This document shows positions 13,700 through 25,680 of a stretch of DNA of 64,000 nt, piece after piece. Each line of letters opens with the position of its first letter. The first letter of the stretch is position 1. The notes under the pieces were generated by a model. It was not told the DNA's origin and did no database searches. It worked only from the letters and a program-made list of their open reading frames with translations. The DNA lies in NCBI GenBank assembly GCA_976226885.1, contig OZ320323.1, positions 5,208,001 to 5,272,000 on the forward strand. The letters are read 5' to 3'. This DNA comes from Iphione sp. A-MEVVRFRX5. Lineage: Eukaryota. The position numbers were made by a program, and so were the translations under genes.

Positions 13700-13846
13700 T
13701 CTATATAAGTACCATATATCAAAGACAATTGATTTGACTGAAGAGTTTTAGACCTATAAAACCCACAAGAGTGTGACGGAAGGTCGGACAGTCAGCCAGC
13801 AGCATTCCAAGGTCCCCCCCCCCTCTATGAGGTGGGGGACAATAAC
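13700..13846 (+). mobile_element. Dispersed repeat copy A with 3' C/G hairpin (Helitron/Helentron-associated-like)
   Basis: Shares acccac..gtgtgacgg..ggtc..ccctctatgaggtgggggacaata with the 57070-57212 copy. Confidence 0.55.
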
Positions 13847-14289
13847 TAAGGCAGAGTGAAGGGTAGGGAGGGGGACTAAGAGAGAGAATAAAGGGTAGGA
13901 AAGAGGGGCTTAGAGAGAGTGAGGGGGACTAACTGCATTAAATATTAAATACCTGTGAATAGCCCCTTAGATTCCAGGCTTGAGGACCACCATCAGTCTA
14001 TCATACACTAACTCGGCATACTCCAATCCCTTAGTGTATTTTGTCATATTGAACCAATGCATATTCTCTTGGAGTTCCTCACTCAAGCATCTTAATCAAT
14101 CTACAGTACATCTGAGACCCACTGAAGGGGTACTATACTCTTAACACATGGTAAATGCTGTAACTGTCCCCCCTCCGCCTCCCCCCAAAAAAGTCCAAAT
14201 GCTTCAAACAGTTTTATTACCCTAACGCAGTTGACTTCACTATGGAGGTCTTGCCAGTACTAACGAGTATAAGCATGGGACCTCCATGA

Positions 14290-14990
14290 CTATGTGGAAG
14301 TGATTTACCTGCAATGTGAACGTACAATCTGCCACACTTATATTCAGGGGCATGGGTGGAAGTGCTTTACCTGCAGTGTGAACGTACAGTCTGTCACACT
14401 TATATTCAGGGGCATGGGTGGAAGTGCTTTACCTGCAGTGTGAACGTACAATCTGCCATGCTTATATTCAGGGGCATGGGTGGAAGTGCTTTACCTGCAG
14501 TGTGAACGTACAGTCTGTCATGCTTATATTCAGGGGTATGGGTGGAACTGCTTTACCTGCAGTGTGAACATACAATCTGCCATGCTTATATTCAGGGGTA
14601 TGGGTGGAAGCGCTTTACCTGGAGTGTGAACGTACAGTCTGTCACGCTTATATTCAGGGGTATGGGTGGAAGTGCTTTACCTGCAGTGTGAACGTACAAT
14701 CTGCCATGCTTATACATGTATTTAGGGGTATGGGTGGAAATGCTTTACCTGCAGGGTGAACGTACAGTCTGTCACGCTTATATTCAGGGGCATGGGTGGA
14801 AGTGCTTTACCTGCAGTGTGAACGTACAATCTGCCATGCTTATACATGTATTTAGGGGTATGGGTGGAAATGCTTTACCTGCAGGGTGAACGTAGAGTCT
14901 GTCATGCTTATATTCAGGGGTATGGGTGGAAGTGCTTTACCTGGAGTGTGAACGTACAGTCTGTCACACTTATATTCAGGGGCATGGGTG
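14290..14990 (-). repeat. 62-bp tandem x11 copying the exon 18 3' end plus donor
   Basis: 11 copies of CAG|gtaaa counted. Confidence 0.9.
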
Positions 14991-15200
14991 GTGGGATGAC
15001 CTCATCTTCAATCAGGTCCACCAGGTTGGTGACACTTGACATGTAGAGCTTGAGCCGCAGTCCCGCCAGCACTGTTCGCAAGTGGCCCAGCTCCCCAGCT
15101 GTCTGAGCCAGGCTCTCCGCAGCTGGCCCCACCTGGTAACGTAACCGGACGGGCGGCTCGGCCACCGGCGGTGGCAGCTTCTCCTCGGTCTCCCTGCTCG
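14941..15200 (-). CDS. BLTP3: BLTP3 exon 18 (ASRETEEK...LIEDEVIPPPMPLNISVTDCTFTLQ)
   Basis: branch-like tactgac, tcttcttccag| ... CAG|gtaaag, 260 nt, phase 1 to 0. Confidence 0.9.
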
Positions 15201-16002
15201 CTGGAAGAAGATCCCACTCAGTCAGTAACCGTCAGCAGGACACGACAGATCAAACAACACTGGAGGTGGGGGTGTGAAGAGGTTGGGTGGGAGGCATGTA
15301 GGAGGGGTGTGGGGTGTGTGTTGGGACAAGGTAACATCGAAGAGAAATTCATGAGACACACATCAGAGTACACCTTACCACTCTGAACCTGAATGGGGCT
15401 TATACGATCTTTACTAAACATTATATATCATGTTATTCGTTCTGATGACACTTACGTCTTCATTATATATGTATGTACTTTTAGGCATTGCTGGACCTTA
15501 GCGTGTAGGACACACAAATAAGTCATTTCCAAAGATTTTCTCGGAACCATACTCTAATGAAGGCAAAAAAGTCATAACCAAAATAAATCAATAAAATTGT
15601 AAAAAAAAAAGTAATGGTTTAAAATGATACGTAATTTGTGAGGCCCAAAACTAGCATTTCAATCCTTTCAGTTGAAAGAATCCTCGTTCGGGGAGCGGCA
15701 CTTGCATGCTACTTCCAACTTCTCTACAGCTAGCGGCGCACCTCCCACGCGGAGAGCTCCACGCCGCCATAGTGAACAGTAGATGATAAAAAACAGAGGC
15801 ATGCTATTTTCCTGCCACTTCTAGGCAATGGACAAAGGTTCAAAACAATATATTACAAAACAGCACTTAGGAACAACGAACATATGAAGACTGGGTTATC
15901 TACGAGCATTTGTTAGAATGAAAATATCCAGTAAACATGTTCTTTTAACCTAATTTAAAAAAAAAACAAAAACATAAAAAAGCCTGCTGTATTTTTTAAA
16001 AA

Positions 16003-16020
16003 GACGCCATCTGGTGGCAA
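16003..16020 (-). promoter_or_regulatory. CTCF-like motif TTGCCACCAGATGGCGTC
   Basis: Close match to the CCACCAGNTGGCG core; similar motifs near 3745-3760, 19576-19592 and 40942-40956. Confidence 0.4.
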
Positions 16021-17299
16021 TATCTACAACTACCTATGTAGCACACGATGTGAGAGCAGCGCAGACTAGGAAGTATATTCACCGATCACTTTTGGGCTGA
16101 TTGGTCCCGCCACCCCGTCCCTGCCCCCGCCTGCCCCCCCCCCCCCCCCCACGAAGGTCACTGACACCTGTGCTTCGTTTTAATGCTTTAACTGCCATCT
16201 TTGATCCCTTGTAACTTAGCAACTATCTGACCCCCCCAAAAATACCAAATTTGCCGTGAATCATTGGTAATATACCCTCTTTATGCAAACATTCATAGGC
16301 AAATAATTCTATCTGTAAAATTAATAGAGACATTGAACCTTCCCACTGACTTCAATGCTACAGAGCTTTGTTTGTTTACGCTTGAACCTCCCGCCCGTTT
16401 TGAAGGATGCACTCCACTTAGTTAGATGTAACTGTAAATTACGTGATAAGCGATCAGTCAATTATTGGGATGAAAATATCACACGACGTCCACCTCTGGG
16501 ACTGAAGGAATATGGTCTCCCCTGCGTTCTGGTCTCCCTACGGTCTCTCATTATACAGGAAATATACTGTTTGGGACTATGATATAATGGTCTCCCCTGC
16601 CAATTGGTCTTTAAGTGAGAGTCCACTGTATTGGGATGAAAATATTGCACAGCATCAAAGGACCTTCTTCTGCCCCCCTGCATCCTATCACACTAGCCGG
16701 CGCCACATAGCAGCACATGAACTGCACTCGGACCTCGAGCAATCATAACAAGTCTTCTTTCGTCTCTGTACACTGAATTAGTAAACTTTGAACAAATGCA
16801 ATTGACAACACTTATACATGGAGCTGAATAATTAGATGGTGAGGATGATGAATTGGGGATTAGTACTGAACTAGCCCTGTGTTCATTAGTGTGTACGGTC
16901 TCACCAGACCACTGGCAAGACTTCCATCAGCTTTGTGACACAAATTAAAACTAGCTCCCTTTTCATTTGCTGGTGAGATATCCTGTTAGGAAGCAACGTG
17001 ACCTGAAATGGCACCCTTAATTAGATAAAAAAAAAACATGTTAAAAACGCTTAAGTGCACGTAAGAAAACTAGTGATGTAGTTTAACTGTCATCGCTACC
17101 TTATTACTTAAAAGCCACCTGACAAATGACATTAAATAAGAGGTTATTAAATGCCATTTCAAACTGAAATCCCTTCGTTTTCTGCAGTTATCTGCAGGTG
17201 ATCTGCAGGGAAAACAGCAGTTCTGATGAGGATGTGTACTTCAGAGAGAAATACCCCTTCACCAACCCTGTTTAATCTTCCAAGTAGGTGAGTAAGCCC

Positions 17300-17758
17300 C
17301 AGAGTGTATGTGTATGGAAGTAAGTTTGTATTTGGTTTTGTGTCTGTGTTTGTGTATGTGTATTGGTATGAGTTTTGGTCTATGCATGTGTTTGTATGTC
17401 TATGTGTGAGTTTGTGTTTGGATGAATGTGTATGTGTACTGTTTGTGTGTGTGCATGTATGAAAGTTACTTTATCTTTGGTTCTGTGTATGTGTACATGT
17501 GTGTGTCTGTTTTTGTGTATATGTATGTGTGCTTTGGTATGTGTTTCAGTGCGTGTGTTTCTGTGTCTATGTGTGCACCTGTGTTTGGATGTGTGTGTAT
17601 GTGTATATTTGTTTGTGTGTGTGCATGCATGAAAGTGAGTTTGTGTGTACGTGTATGTGGTATGTGTTTCAGTGTATGTATGTGTTTGTGTTTGGACGTA
17701 TGCTTATGGGAATGTGTTTACTTGTGTGTCTGTGTGTATATATGTGTGTGTGTGTACA
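17300..17758. repeat. (GT)-rich degenerate microsatellite
   Basis: Direct inspection. Confidence 0.85.
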
Positions 17759-18310
17759 GACGGGCCTCCTCCACCACCAAAGCTATTCTCTAGGCCTCCA
17801 TGCCCCTTCCTGGAGACCTCACTTCACGGCCACAGAGGACACGTCAAGGACACCGGTTCACATCTCACAGCCACAATGACCACAGCCATCATATCAGGTA
17901 TCAATCGACCAAAAGGACGCTGACCTCAATCTTCTTTTTTTTCGGGGTGGCATCAACAGGTGAAGGAGGTAGTCAGATCACCATGCAGTGGTAGTCGATG
18001 CCTGGGGATGAGTTTGGTTGTACTGCACAAAGCATAAAAGCCAAGAGTAGGACAACCAAAGGAGTCGCCAAACATGGACACTCCTTGCATGTGTTCATAC
18101 TGTCTTTATTTCATCTTATTTTTATTTATAAGGGGTGAGATAAAAGTTTGTACCTTATATACTTAGACGTGTATTCAGTTCTGTTCAAGGTTTGCCAAGA
18201 GTGCATCTTTCACGAAATTTAAAAAGCAATACTTTCTTACGTCGAGTGCTGCTTCATCGTGGGACTAATTCTGATACCCGTATGAAGAAGAAATGATATC
18301 ATGCACATAC

Positions 18311-18385
18311 TTTCAAAGACTTTTAACTGAGGTGAGGTCAAGAGGTCAAGAGGTCGAAACATGACCCCCTTCTTCATGCAGATCA
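18311..18385 (-). CDS. Candidate alternative exon carrying an ATG (18377) for a short isoform, or a 75-nt phase 1-1 cassette
   Basis: Pyrimidine-rich intron 18386-18505 ending cccag|, donor GAAA|gtatgt; in frame with exon 18. Confidence 0.5.
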
Positions 18386-18548
18386 CTGGGCACCGTGAGC
18401 ATTGTGGACTCGAGACAGACGGACAGACAGAGGTGGACAGGAGGAGGTGGACAGGACAGGACAGGCGGTGAAATGCGTTCGAGCAGCTATAAAATACAAG
18501 GTTACCTGAAGCCAGAGTCAGCAAAGTGACGAGATTGGGCCGAGAAGC

Positions 18549-18562
18549 GTTGCCTAGGTGAC
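18549..18562. promoter_or_regulatory. RFX X-box-like motif GTTGCCTAGGTGAC
   Basis: Match to X-box consensus inside a CpG-enriched intronic patch. Confidence 0.5.
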
Positions 18563-20029
18563 GGGATACACATGCCCAAAAAAGTCAAGTTGACATCTCC
18601 AGTTTGCAACGAGCATGCGCGGTGTCTAATAAGGTCGTTAAATGGTTTGACACGTCCAAAGATAAAAGACTCTTTATTTCAATCTACGGCTACTTCCAGA
18701 TCAGCTTTATCAGTTTTACTCTGACTGGGTCGGCCGCTGACAACTGCAGCCTGAGGGAGATTAGAGGTGGACTTAACGAGAATGTTACGACTAATAAAAG
18801 GTATGTGGACATCGAACGTGACTGAAACATGGCATTTAACTGTCATCACTCTTGACATTACTCTTACTTCCCTACCTATAAAAACACACATTTGTTTTAC
18901 GATTGTCTGTCGTATATCAAGAGGATTTTCGGCTCGAAACTTACAAAAACATGTCTGCCTTAATCATGCATCTTACGGCAGTTTGTAAGAGTCTAACTTT
19001 AACGCGGCTTCCACATAATCTCTGGATGGAAATGACGATCGTTTAGAATACGTGTCTGACGAGGTGTTACCAACTAATTTTATGAGAGAGCAAGCGGACA
19101 GGCTAAGCTGACACGTCGACACGGACAGGAGGCACACAGAGCGATAGAAACAGAAACAGAAACCGAAACTATCCCTCGTATCTGGCTCATGTCAGGGACA
19201 TTTCGGTACGGTTCACTTCGTGTAACGTTTACTCGAAGGTCAAATCTTTTAACTCTACGTCTACCGGGCACACAAGCTAGCTGGATGAAGAGGCTTTATC
19301 CATTGTAGTTGTGTCCGTGAGCGCTTATTATGCTGAGCCGAGGTGAGAGGCCATGACTAAACTATCGCAGTTCTGTGCTGGATAGAGGCCTGCTAGGAAA
19401 TGCTACCTACAAGAATCTCTATATATCAAGTGATGAGAGGGTTAAGGACGCCATCTTGATATTTAAAACTAGAGTCAATGCTTACAAGACCTACGTATTG
19501 AGCTTTGTTTTTTCTTTTTAGATTAATCTAAAATCTACTATTATCAATGAACTTATATAAAACTGTTGAGAACTCTTCCAGGTGGCAGCACTATGCACTA
19601 TCTTTGTAACATCTAAAGAATTGTATTCAAACATGTCACCAGCAACGACCTGAACATCGGCCTTTTTTTTGCCGAGTCAATGTTGTTGGAGAAAATATTG
19701 AAATAAAAAAATAACGCTAGTGCTGCTCCCTGATGGCTAGGATCGGCAGAACATCTAAAAGCTATTCCCACGAAGGCAATCCCAGTATAAACATCTACAT
19801 TTACTCACACACCTTCGCAGCTACGTGATCATACCAGACACAAGGAGGTCCAATCTAAAACATCGGCCATCTTGGATTGGCCAAGTCGAGGAAACCCTCT
19901 TGCTGATAACGTATGATCGTGCTTTCACTTCTAAGGAACAGTGCTATAGACACACAGATCTAAAATGCTGCTATTTCACGAGGCGTGACCCTCATGACCC
20001 GAGAGTGGGGTCAGAGGTCAAGGACTGAC

Positions 20030-20180
20030 CTGCGTTGAAGCGCTGGTGGAACTTGTCGAGGTTGATGTTGCCGTACTCGTGAGGAGTCACGTGATGCACC
20101 TGGGCGCTCACCGACATGTTGTCTCCTCTCATCTGGACGATGGCTTCGGTGTTGGCCAGTTTGAAGGACACCACTGACAC
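20030..20180 (-). CDS. BLTP3: BLTP3 exon 17 (VSVVSFKL...FHQRFNA)
   Basis: ggtag| ... G|gtcagt, 151 nt, phase 0 to 1. Confidence 0.88.
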
Positions 20181-20760
20181 CTACCGGCGGCGATCGGGAT
20201 CAAACGAGAGATGTCAATGAGAAGGCGAAGTATATTCTCTGTCTGCCTGTCTGTCAGTTTGACTTTAACATCAATCTTGCATTATATTTCACTAGATACG
20301 TGACTAGCTTAGCCCGAGGAGAACCCCAGTTAGGGTGTCAACAAAGGTCAGAAGGTCATAGGGTCAGACTGTAGCAAGCTTTACTAACGCGTCTTTGACA
20401 ACATTACCCATCCACTTATGTGGAAATGCATAACAATATATTAATACATGTACTTAGCATATGGCTTTGAACACCCACTTCTTTGTTATACTAAGGATGC
20501 ACAACATTAAATAAGTTTTGTGGCGCAACTGCACGAGAAAAATAACTGGTTCACTTTTATCTAATACATGTCTGTTTCAATGTGCTGGGGATCTCTTCCC
20601 AGCAGTAACCTCTTGACCCCATCAGTCTATGCCGATAAAGGGAGGTGACCACTGGGGGGAGAGAGGTATTTTCCTGCATGTGAACAGAGCCATTCGGCCG
20701 TCGTAGTCGGAGCTGACCGCTAGGGAGAGGTGACCGTGAGGAGAGGAGGCGTCTACTCAC

Positions 20761-20996
20761 CACCCCGCGCGCCCGGTCGGCCATGCCGCCGAAGCCGCCG
20801 CTGACGCTGGCCGACTCGTCGCGCCCGTCGCTGTCCGCCACCGACACCGACTCGGACGAGCTGTGGTGGGCCTCGAAGGCCGGCACCTCGGTGGCATTCT
20901 CCAGTTTGAGAAGAACAAAGTCTTCATCGTCACTAGAGGCGCCACTGCGCAGGGACAGCGAGTCCCAGTCATCGGCATCCTCCCTGACGTCCAGCG
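20761..20996 (-). CDS. BLTP3: BLTP3 exon 16 (ALDVREDADDWDSLS...ARGV)
   Basis: ccctgcccag| ... GTG|gtgagt, 236 nt, phase 1 to 0; acidic Ser-rich segment. Confidence 0.88.
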
Positions 20997-20999
20997 CTG

Positions 21000-21430
21000 G
21001 GCAGGGAAGATGGGGAGAGGAACAATGAGAGCGGTTAGAATAAGGATACATATATGTGTTCAAGATGATGACGATAAAAGGAAGACAGGGACAGGAACAA
21101 TGAGAGCGGTTAGAATAAGGATAATGAGAGCGGTTAGAATAAGGATACATCTATGTGTTCAAGATGAGGACGATAAAAGGAAGATGGGGAGAGGAACAAT
21201 GAGAGCGGTTATAATAAAGATAGATATATCTATGTTCAAGATGAGGACGATAAAAGGAAGACGGGGACAGGAACAATGAGATCGGTTAGAATAAGGATAC
21301 ATATATGTGTGTTCAAGATGAGGTCAATAAAGGGAAGAAGGGGACAGGAACACTGAAGAGGTTACAGTCAAGGTAGATATATGTGTGTTTAAGACAAGGT
21401 CGATAAAGGGAAGAGGGGGGCAGGAACAAT
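21000..21430 (-). repeat. ~80-bp tandem x ~6 copying the polypyrimidine tract before exon 16
   Basis: ggaagatggggagaggaacaatgagagcggttagaataaggatac recurs. Confidence 0.8.
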
Positions 21431-21712
21431 TTCACAAATCCATTTTAAAGTCTTTCATTTAGATGTACATACATTGTAAAACTGTACGTGTTGAAAGCAA
21501 AATATGATCCGCGTGTTACTCATTTTGACTTTGGATAACACAGAACAGAAATATCGGTATACCGCAATGACTCATCCAGTCTAAATAGACAATGCATGTA
21601 CAAGTAAATATCAAATTATGAATATCAAGTAGAAGAGAGCACGTGATGTGAGGATTTCAGGAAGAATACTTCATGGGCTCTGCACTTATCGCACCCCACA
21701 GGGCGTTCTTAC

Positions 21713-22162
21713 CTTTGACATTTTGCTTGACCTTTTCCGTCAGTCTACTCAGGTTGGAGAAGGCGTTATTGAATGACTTGCGTATCTCTCCGCCCTTCCT
21801 CTCCCGCTCCGTCGCCGGGTCGTAATGCAGGCTCTCCGAGCTCAGCGCCCTCCCGCGGTGCTGCGGGGAGGAGGACGATGAGTAGCCCCCCCCGCCACTG
21901 TTCATCTCGTGCGCCGTCGTCGACCCGTCCGAGATCTGGATCCGCGGGAAGAGGCTGGACACGTCGGCGGCGGCCGGGTTCCACTGGTGGCCGCGGGAGG
22001 GCGTCTCAGACAGGCCGTGCGGGACGCCGTCGAAGACCACAGGCTGCGCATGCGTGGCGAAGACCGGCTCTGGGCCTGTCAGCTCCGTGTCGCTGTGCGA
22101 CTTGAGCAGAGGCGCCGGAGTTTGCAGGCCATGAGACCGGCCCTCCGAGTTAATGCTACCAC
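21713..22162 (-). CDS. BLTP3: BLTP3 exon 15 (GGSINSEGR...KVKQNVK)
   Basis: ctcttgtag| ... G|gtaaga, 450 nt, phase 1-1, open throughout. Confidence 0.88.
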
Positions 22163-23155
22163 CTACAAGAGAATCACAACCACACGTTTAACACAGACCC
22201 TCCAAGTTAATGCTACAACCTATGAGAGAATCACAACGACACGTTTAACACAGACCCTCCAAGTTAATGTTACCACCTATGAGAGAATCCACACGTTTAA
22301 CACAGGCCCTCCAAGTTAATGTTACCACCTACAAGAGAATCACAACGACACGTTTAACACAGACCCTCCAAGTTAATGTTACCACCTATGAGAGAATCCA
22401 CACGTTTAACACAGACCCTCCAAGTCAATGCTACCACCTACAAGAGAATCACAACGACACGTTTAACACAGACCCTCCAAGTTAATGTTACCACCTATGA
22501 GAGAATCCACACGTTTAACACAGGCCCTCCAAGTCAATGCTACCACCTACAAGAGAATCACAACGACACGTTTAACACAGACCCTCCGAGTTAATGCTAC
22601 CACCTACGAGAGAATCACAAACACATATTTAACACAGATCCTCTAAGTTAATGCTACACCTGCGAGAGAATCACAAACACACATTTAACACAGGCCCTCC
22701 AAGTTAATGCCACCTACAAGAGAATCACAACCACACAATCACAATCACACAATTAACACAGACCTCCAAGTTAATGCTACACCTGTGAGAGAACCACAAA
22801 CGCACATTTAACACAGACCCTCCAAGTTAATGCTACCACCTGTGAGACAACCACAACCGCACGCTTAACACAGGCCCTCCGAGTTAATGCTACCACCTAC
22901 GAGAGAATCACAAACACATTTTTAACACAGACCCTCCAAGTTAATGCTACACCTGCGAGAGAATCACAAACACACATTTAACACAGACCCTCCTAGTTAA
23001 TGTTACCACCTATGAGAGAATCACAACCACACATTTAACACAGGCCCTCTGAGTTAATGCTACCATCTACAAGAGAATCATGAACACATGTTTAACACAG
23101 GCCCTCTGAGTTAATGCTACCACCTACCTGAGAACAACAAACACGTTAAACACAG
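22140..23155 (-). repeat. 52-57 bp tandem x ~18 copying the exon 15 acceptor plus first ~22 exon nt
   Basis: attctcttgtag|GTGGTAGCATTAACT recurs. Confidence 0.9.
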
Positions 23156-23499
23156 GCCTGTCATCTAAGAGAAGTGTGATTTCTGGTATCCCTGATCTGC
23201 GTTATTGCTTTCCACTGACATTTCCTATGAACAATTCCGAACAAAAGTGGAAAAGTATACAAATTAAAAGCAAACGTCTGCTTGACAATGATTTCCGCAC
23301 TTCTTGGACAATCAAACTTATTCCCTGTTTGATATTGATGAGCACCCTCTTATTAACTGACGGTTAAAATGGCGGACTCGGTGGAAGAGGTCATTATTTT
23401 ACAGCCTCGTCTATTCTACACGGGACTCTGGTGAGCTAAGTACGAAGATGTGAACAGAGTCGAGAACAGATATACCTCTGTTAGCAAAGTAGAATAGAA

Positions 23500-23640
23500 C
23501 CTCAGGACTGGGGACACCCATGGTTCCCAGTGGAACCTCAGGACTGGGGCATCAGGACTGGAGCCACCCATAGTTCCCAGTCGAACCCAGGACCAGGGAC
23601 ACCCATGGTTCCCAGTGCGACCTCAGGACTAGGGCAGAGT
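23500..23640. repeat. Short ~35-bp tandem
   Basis: ctcaggactgggg..cccatggttcccagt recurs. Confidence 0.7.
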
Positions 23641-23836
23641 CCAAGACAACACTGTGCCAGTGAATAATGTCGGAAATACGAGGTTGGTCGGTTATGGAGT
23701 CATTGGTAAGGAGGCGTGACTGTGGATCTGTATTACCTTCCCCCACTCCCCGCGCCCGTGACCCCCTTCCCTCCCCCTACATATCACCGACCCCCCTCCC
23801 CTCTCCCCCCCGGGGGGTGGGGGGGGGTTCACATAC

Positions 23837-25082
23837 CGAGAGCCGAGTCGTCCGCCACGTCTCGTGCCGCCGCCATCATTCGTGCTGCATCTTCGGGCAG
23901 GTCGTCGAGCATCTTGAGTTCGTCCGAGTCCTCGCGACTCGTCGTCCCCATGCCGCCGCCGCTTCCGCTTCCGCCGCCGGCGGCGGCCGACGAGGCGGGC
24001 ATCTCGGGGACGGGCGGGCAGATGAGCGCCACCTCCAGCTCCCTCAGCTTCACCGCCAGCACCAGGCTCTTCTCACCCGCCGCCAGGGGCGCGGGCGGCG
24101 GCGGCGCCTGCTGCTGCTGGCCAGCGCGCAGGCGCAAGATGGCGGCCGTGTCCTCCTTGAGCTCGGCGGAGAACTTGGTGAGCGTCTCGATGAGTCTCAT
24201 GAGGAAGACGTACTGGTAGTGGTTGAGTTGCAGGCTCACCCGCTGCCCCACCTGAACCAGCAGGTGCGTGTCCGCGCACGGTCGCTCCGGAAGCGCTCGC
24301 CGCGGGCGAGGCGCCGGCGCTACCGGAGCGCCCCCTACGTCGCCGTTCATGTAGCCCTGCTGAGGCAGTAGCGGCGGTGGCGAGGGCGACCCCCTCTCCC
24401 CCGCCGCCGCCGCCGCCGCCGCCGCTCCCACCGCCGTGCCGTCGTTGCTGTAGTACTGCTTCAGCAGGCTGGCCGACCCGGACCGCTCCAACACGCGCGG
24501 CGAGTTCCGGTCGCCTGCACCGCGCGCCGCCGCCGCCCGCGCCGAACTCTCGCTGGCGAGCGGCGTGGCCAGCCAGAGCGTGAGCGGGAAGGACTCGACG
24601 AAGGGCACGGGCCGACCGTGCGCGCTGGGCACGCCCAGGAACTCGAGCCAGAACTGGTCGACTGTCAGACACCACACGTCCTTGGTAGCGTCGAGCTTGA
24701 GCGAGTCCGTGCTCATGCTGAAGTAGGTGACGCCGCCCTCCGACCGCACGGCCGCCGCCAGGGCGCGCTCCGGGGGCGCCACCCTGCGGCCGAGTACAAT
24801 GTCACCGAAGGCCTGGTCGAGGTACACATCGTTCTCCTTCTGGACGTGCCGCCGGAAGAGGCTGGGCAGCGGCAGGAAGTCCTCGTCGCGCCGGGGAAAG
24901 TCGGCGCGGGCGGCGGCGAAGAGGGGTGATGCTTCGTAGGTGCGCAAGAGGGCGCCCAGATCGGCGAGCGAGGTGCGCTGCTCGAGGTGACAGTTGGTGA
25001 AGGTGAGGCGCGAGGCCTGCACCTGCAGACTGTCCGGGCGGTCCGGCTGGCCACGAGGGGGCGCCTCGGCGGGCAGGATCAC
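23837..25082 (-). CDS. BLTP3: BLTP3 exon 14 (1246 nt, very GC-rich)
   Basis: cttgtcag| ... G|gtatgt, phase 0 to 1; corresponds to ORF 23829..25082. Confidence 0.93.
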
Positions 25083-25299
25083 CTGACAAGGGGGAGTAAC
25101 ACGCCCGATATATTATACATATATAAACAAATACCTGAGGTTTAGGAAATAACCGACTTACTAGATAATGCCAGGAGGATTCTGGACAATGTTCTCATGG
25201 AGAATTTGACGAGATGGTTTGGAATTTTGCAAATAAAATATAATAGAAAAAGTAAATAGAAACAAACAAGAAGTGAATGAATTGACAGAGGGCATCTCT

Positions 25300-25680
25300 C
25301 CATCTGACTTACCCTTGGCACGACAGTATTGATCATATTGTCTATCTGACTTACCCCTGTCATGAGAGCATCTATCGTAATGTCTATCTGACTTACCCTT
25401 GTCACGAGAGCATCTATTGTAATGTCTATCTGACTTACCCTTCGCACAAGAACATCTATTGTAATGTCTATCTGACTTACCCTTGTCACGAGAGCATCTA
25501 TCATAATGTCTATCTGACTTGCCCTTGACACAAAAGCATCTATCATAATGTCTATCTGACTTATCCTTGACACAAGAGCATCCATCTTAATGTCTGTCTG
25601 ACTTACCCTTGGCACAAAAGCATCTATTGTAATGTCTGTCTGACTTACCCTTGGCATGAGAGCATCTATCTTAATGTCTG
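25300..25680 (-). repeat. 42-bp in-frame tandem x9 copying the exon 13 end plus donor
   Basis: ORF 25142..25711 reads (DIxIDALxxR-VSQ) nine times. Confidence 0.92.

Noticed and set aside
17422-17879. Cys/Val-rich ORFs
   Set aside because: Translation of a GT microsatellite.
23667-24939. Long + strand and alternate-frame ORFs over exon 14, and similar ones over exons 11, 15, 16 and 20
   Set aside because: Shadow ORFs expected from very GC-rich coding sequence; no independent starts or splice signals.
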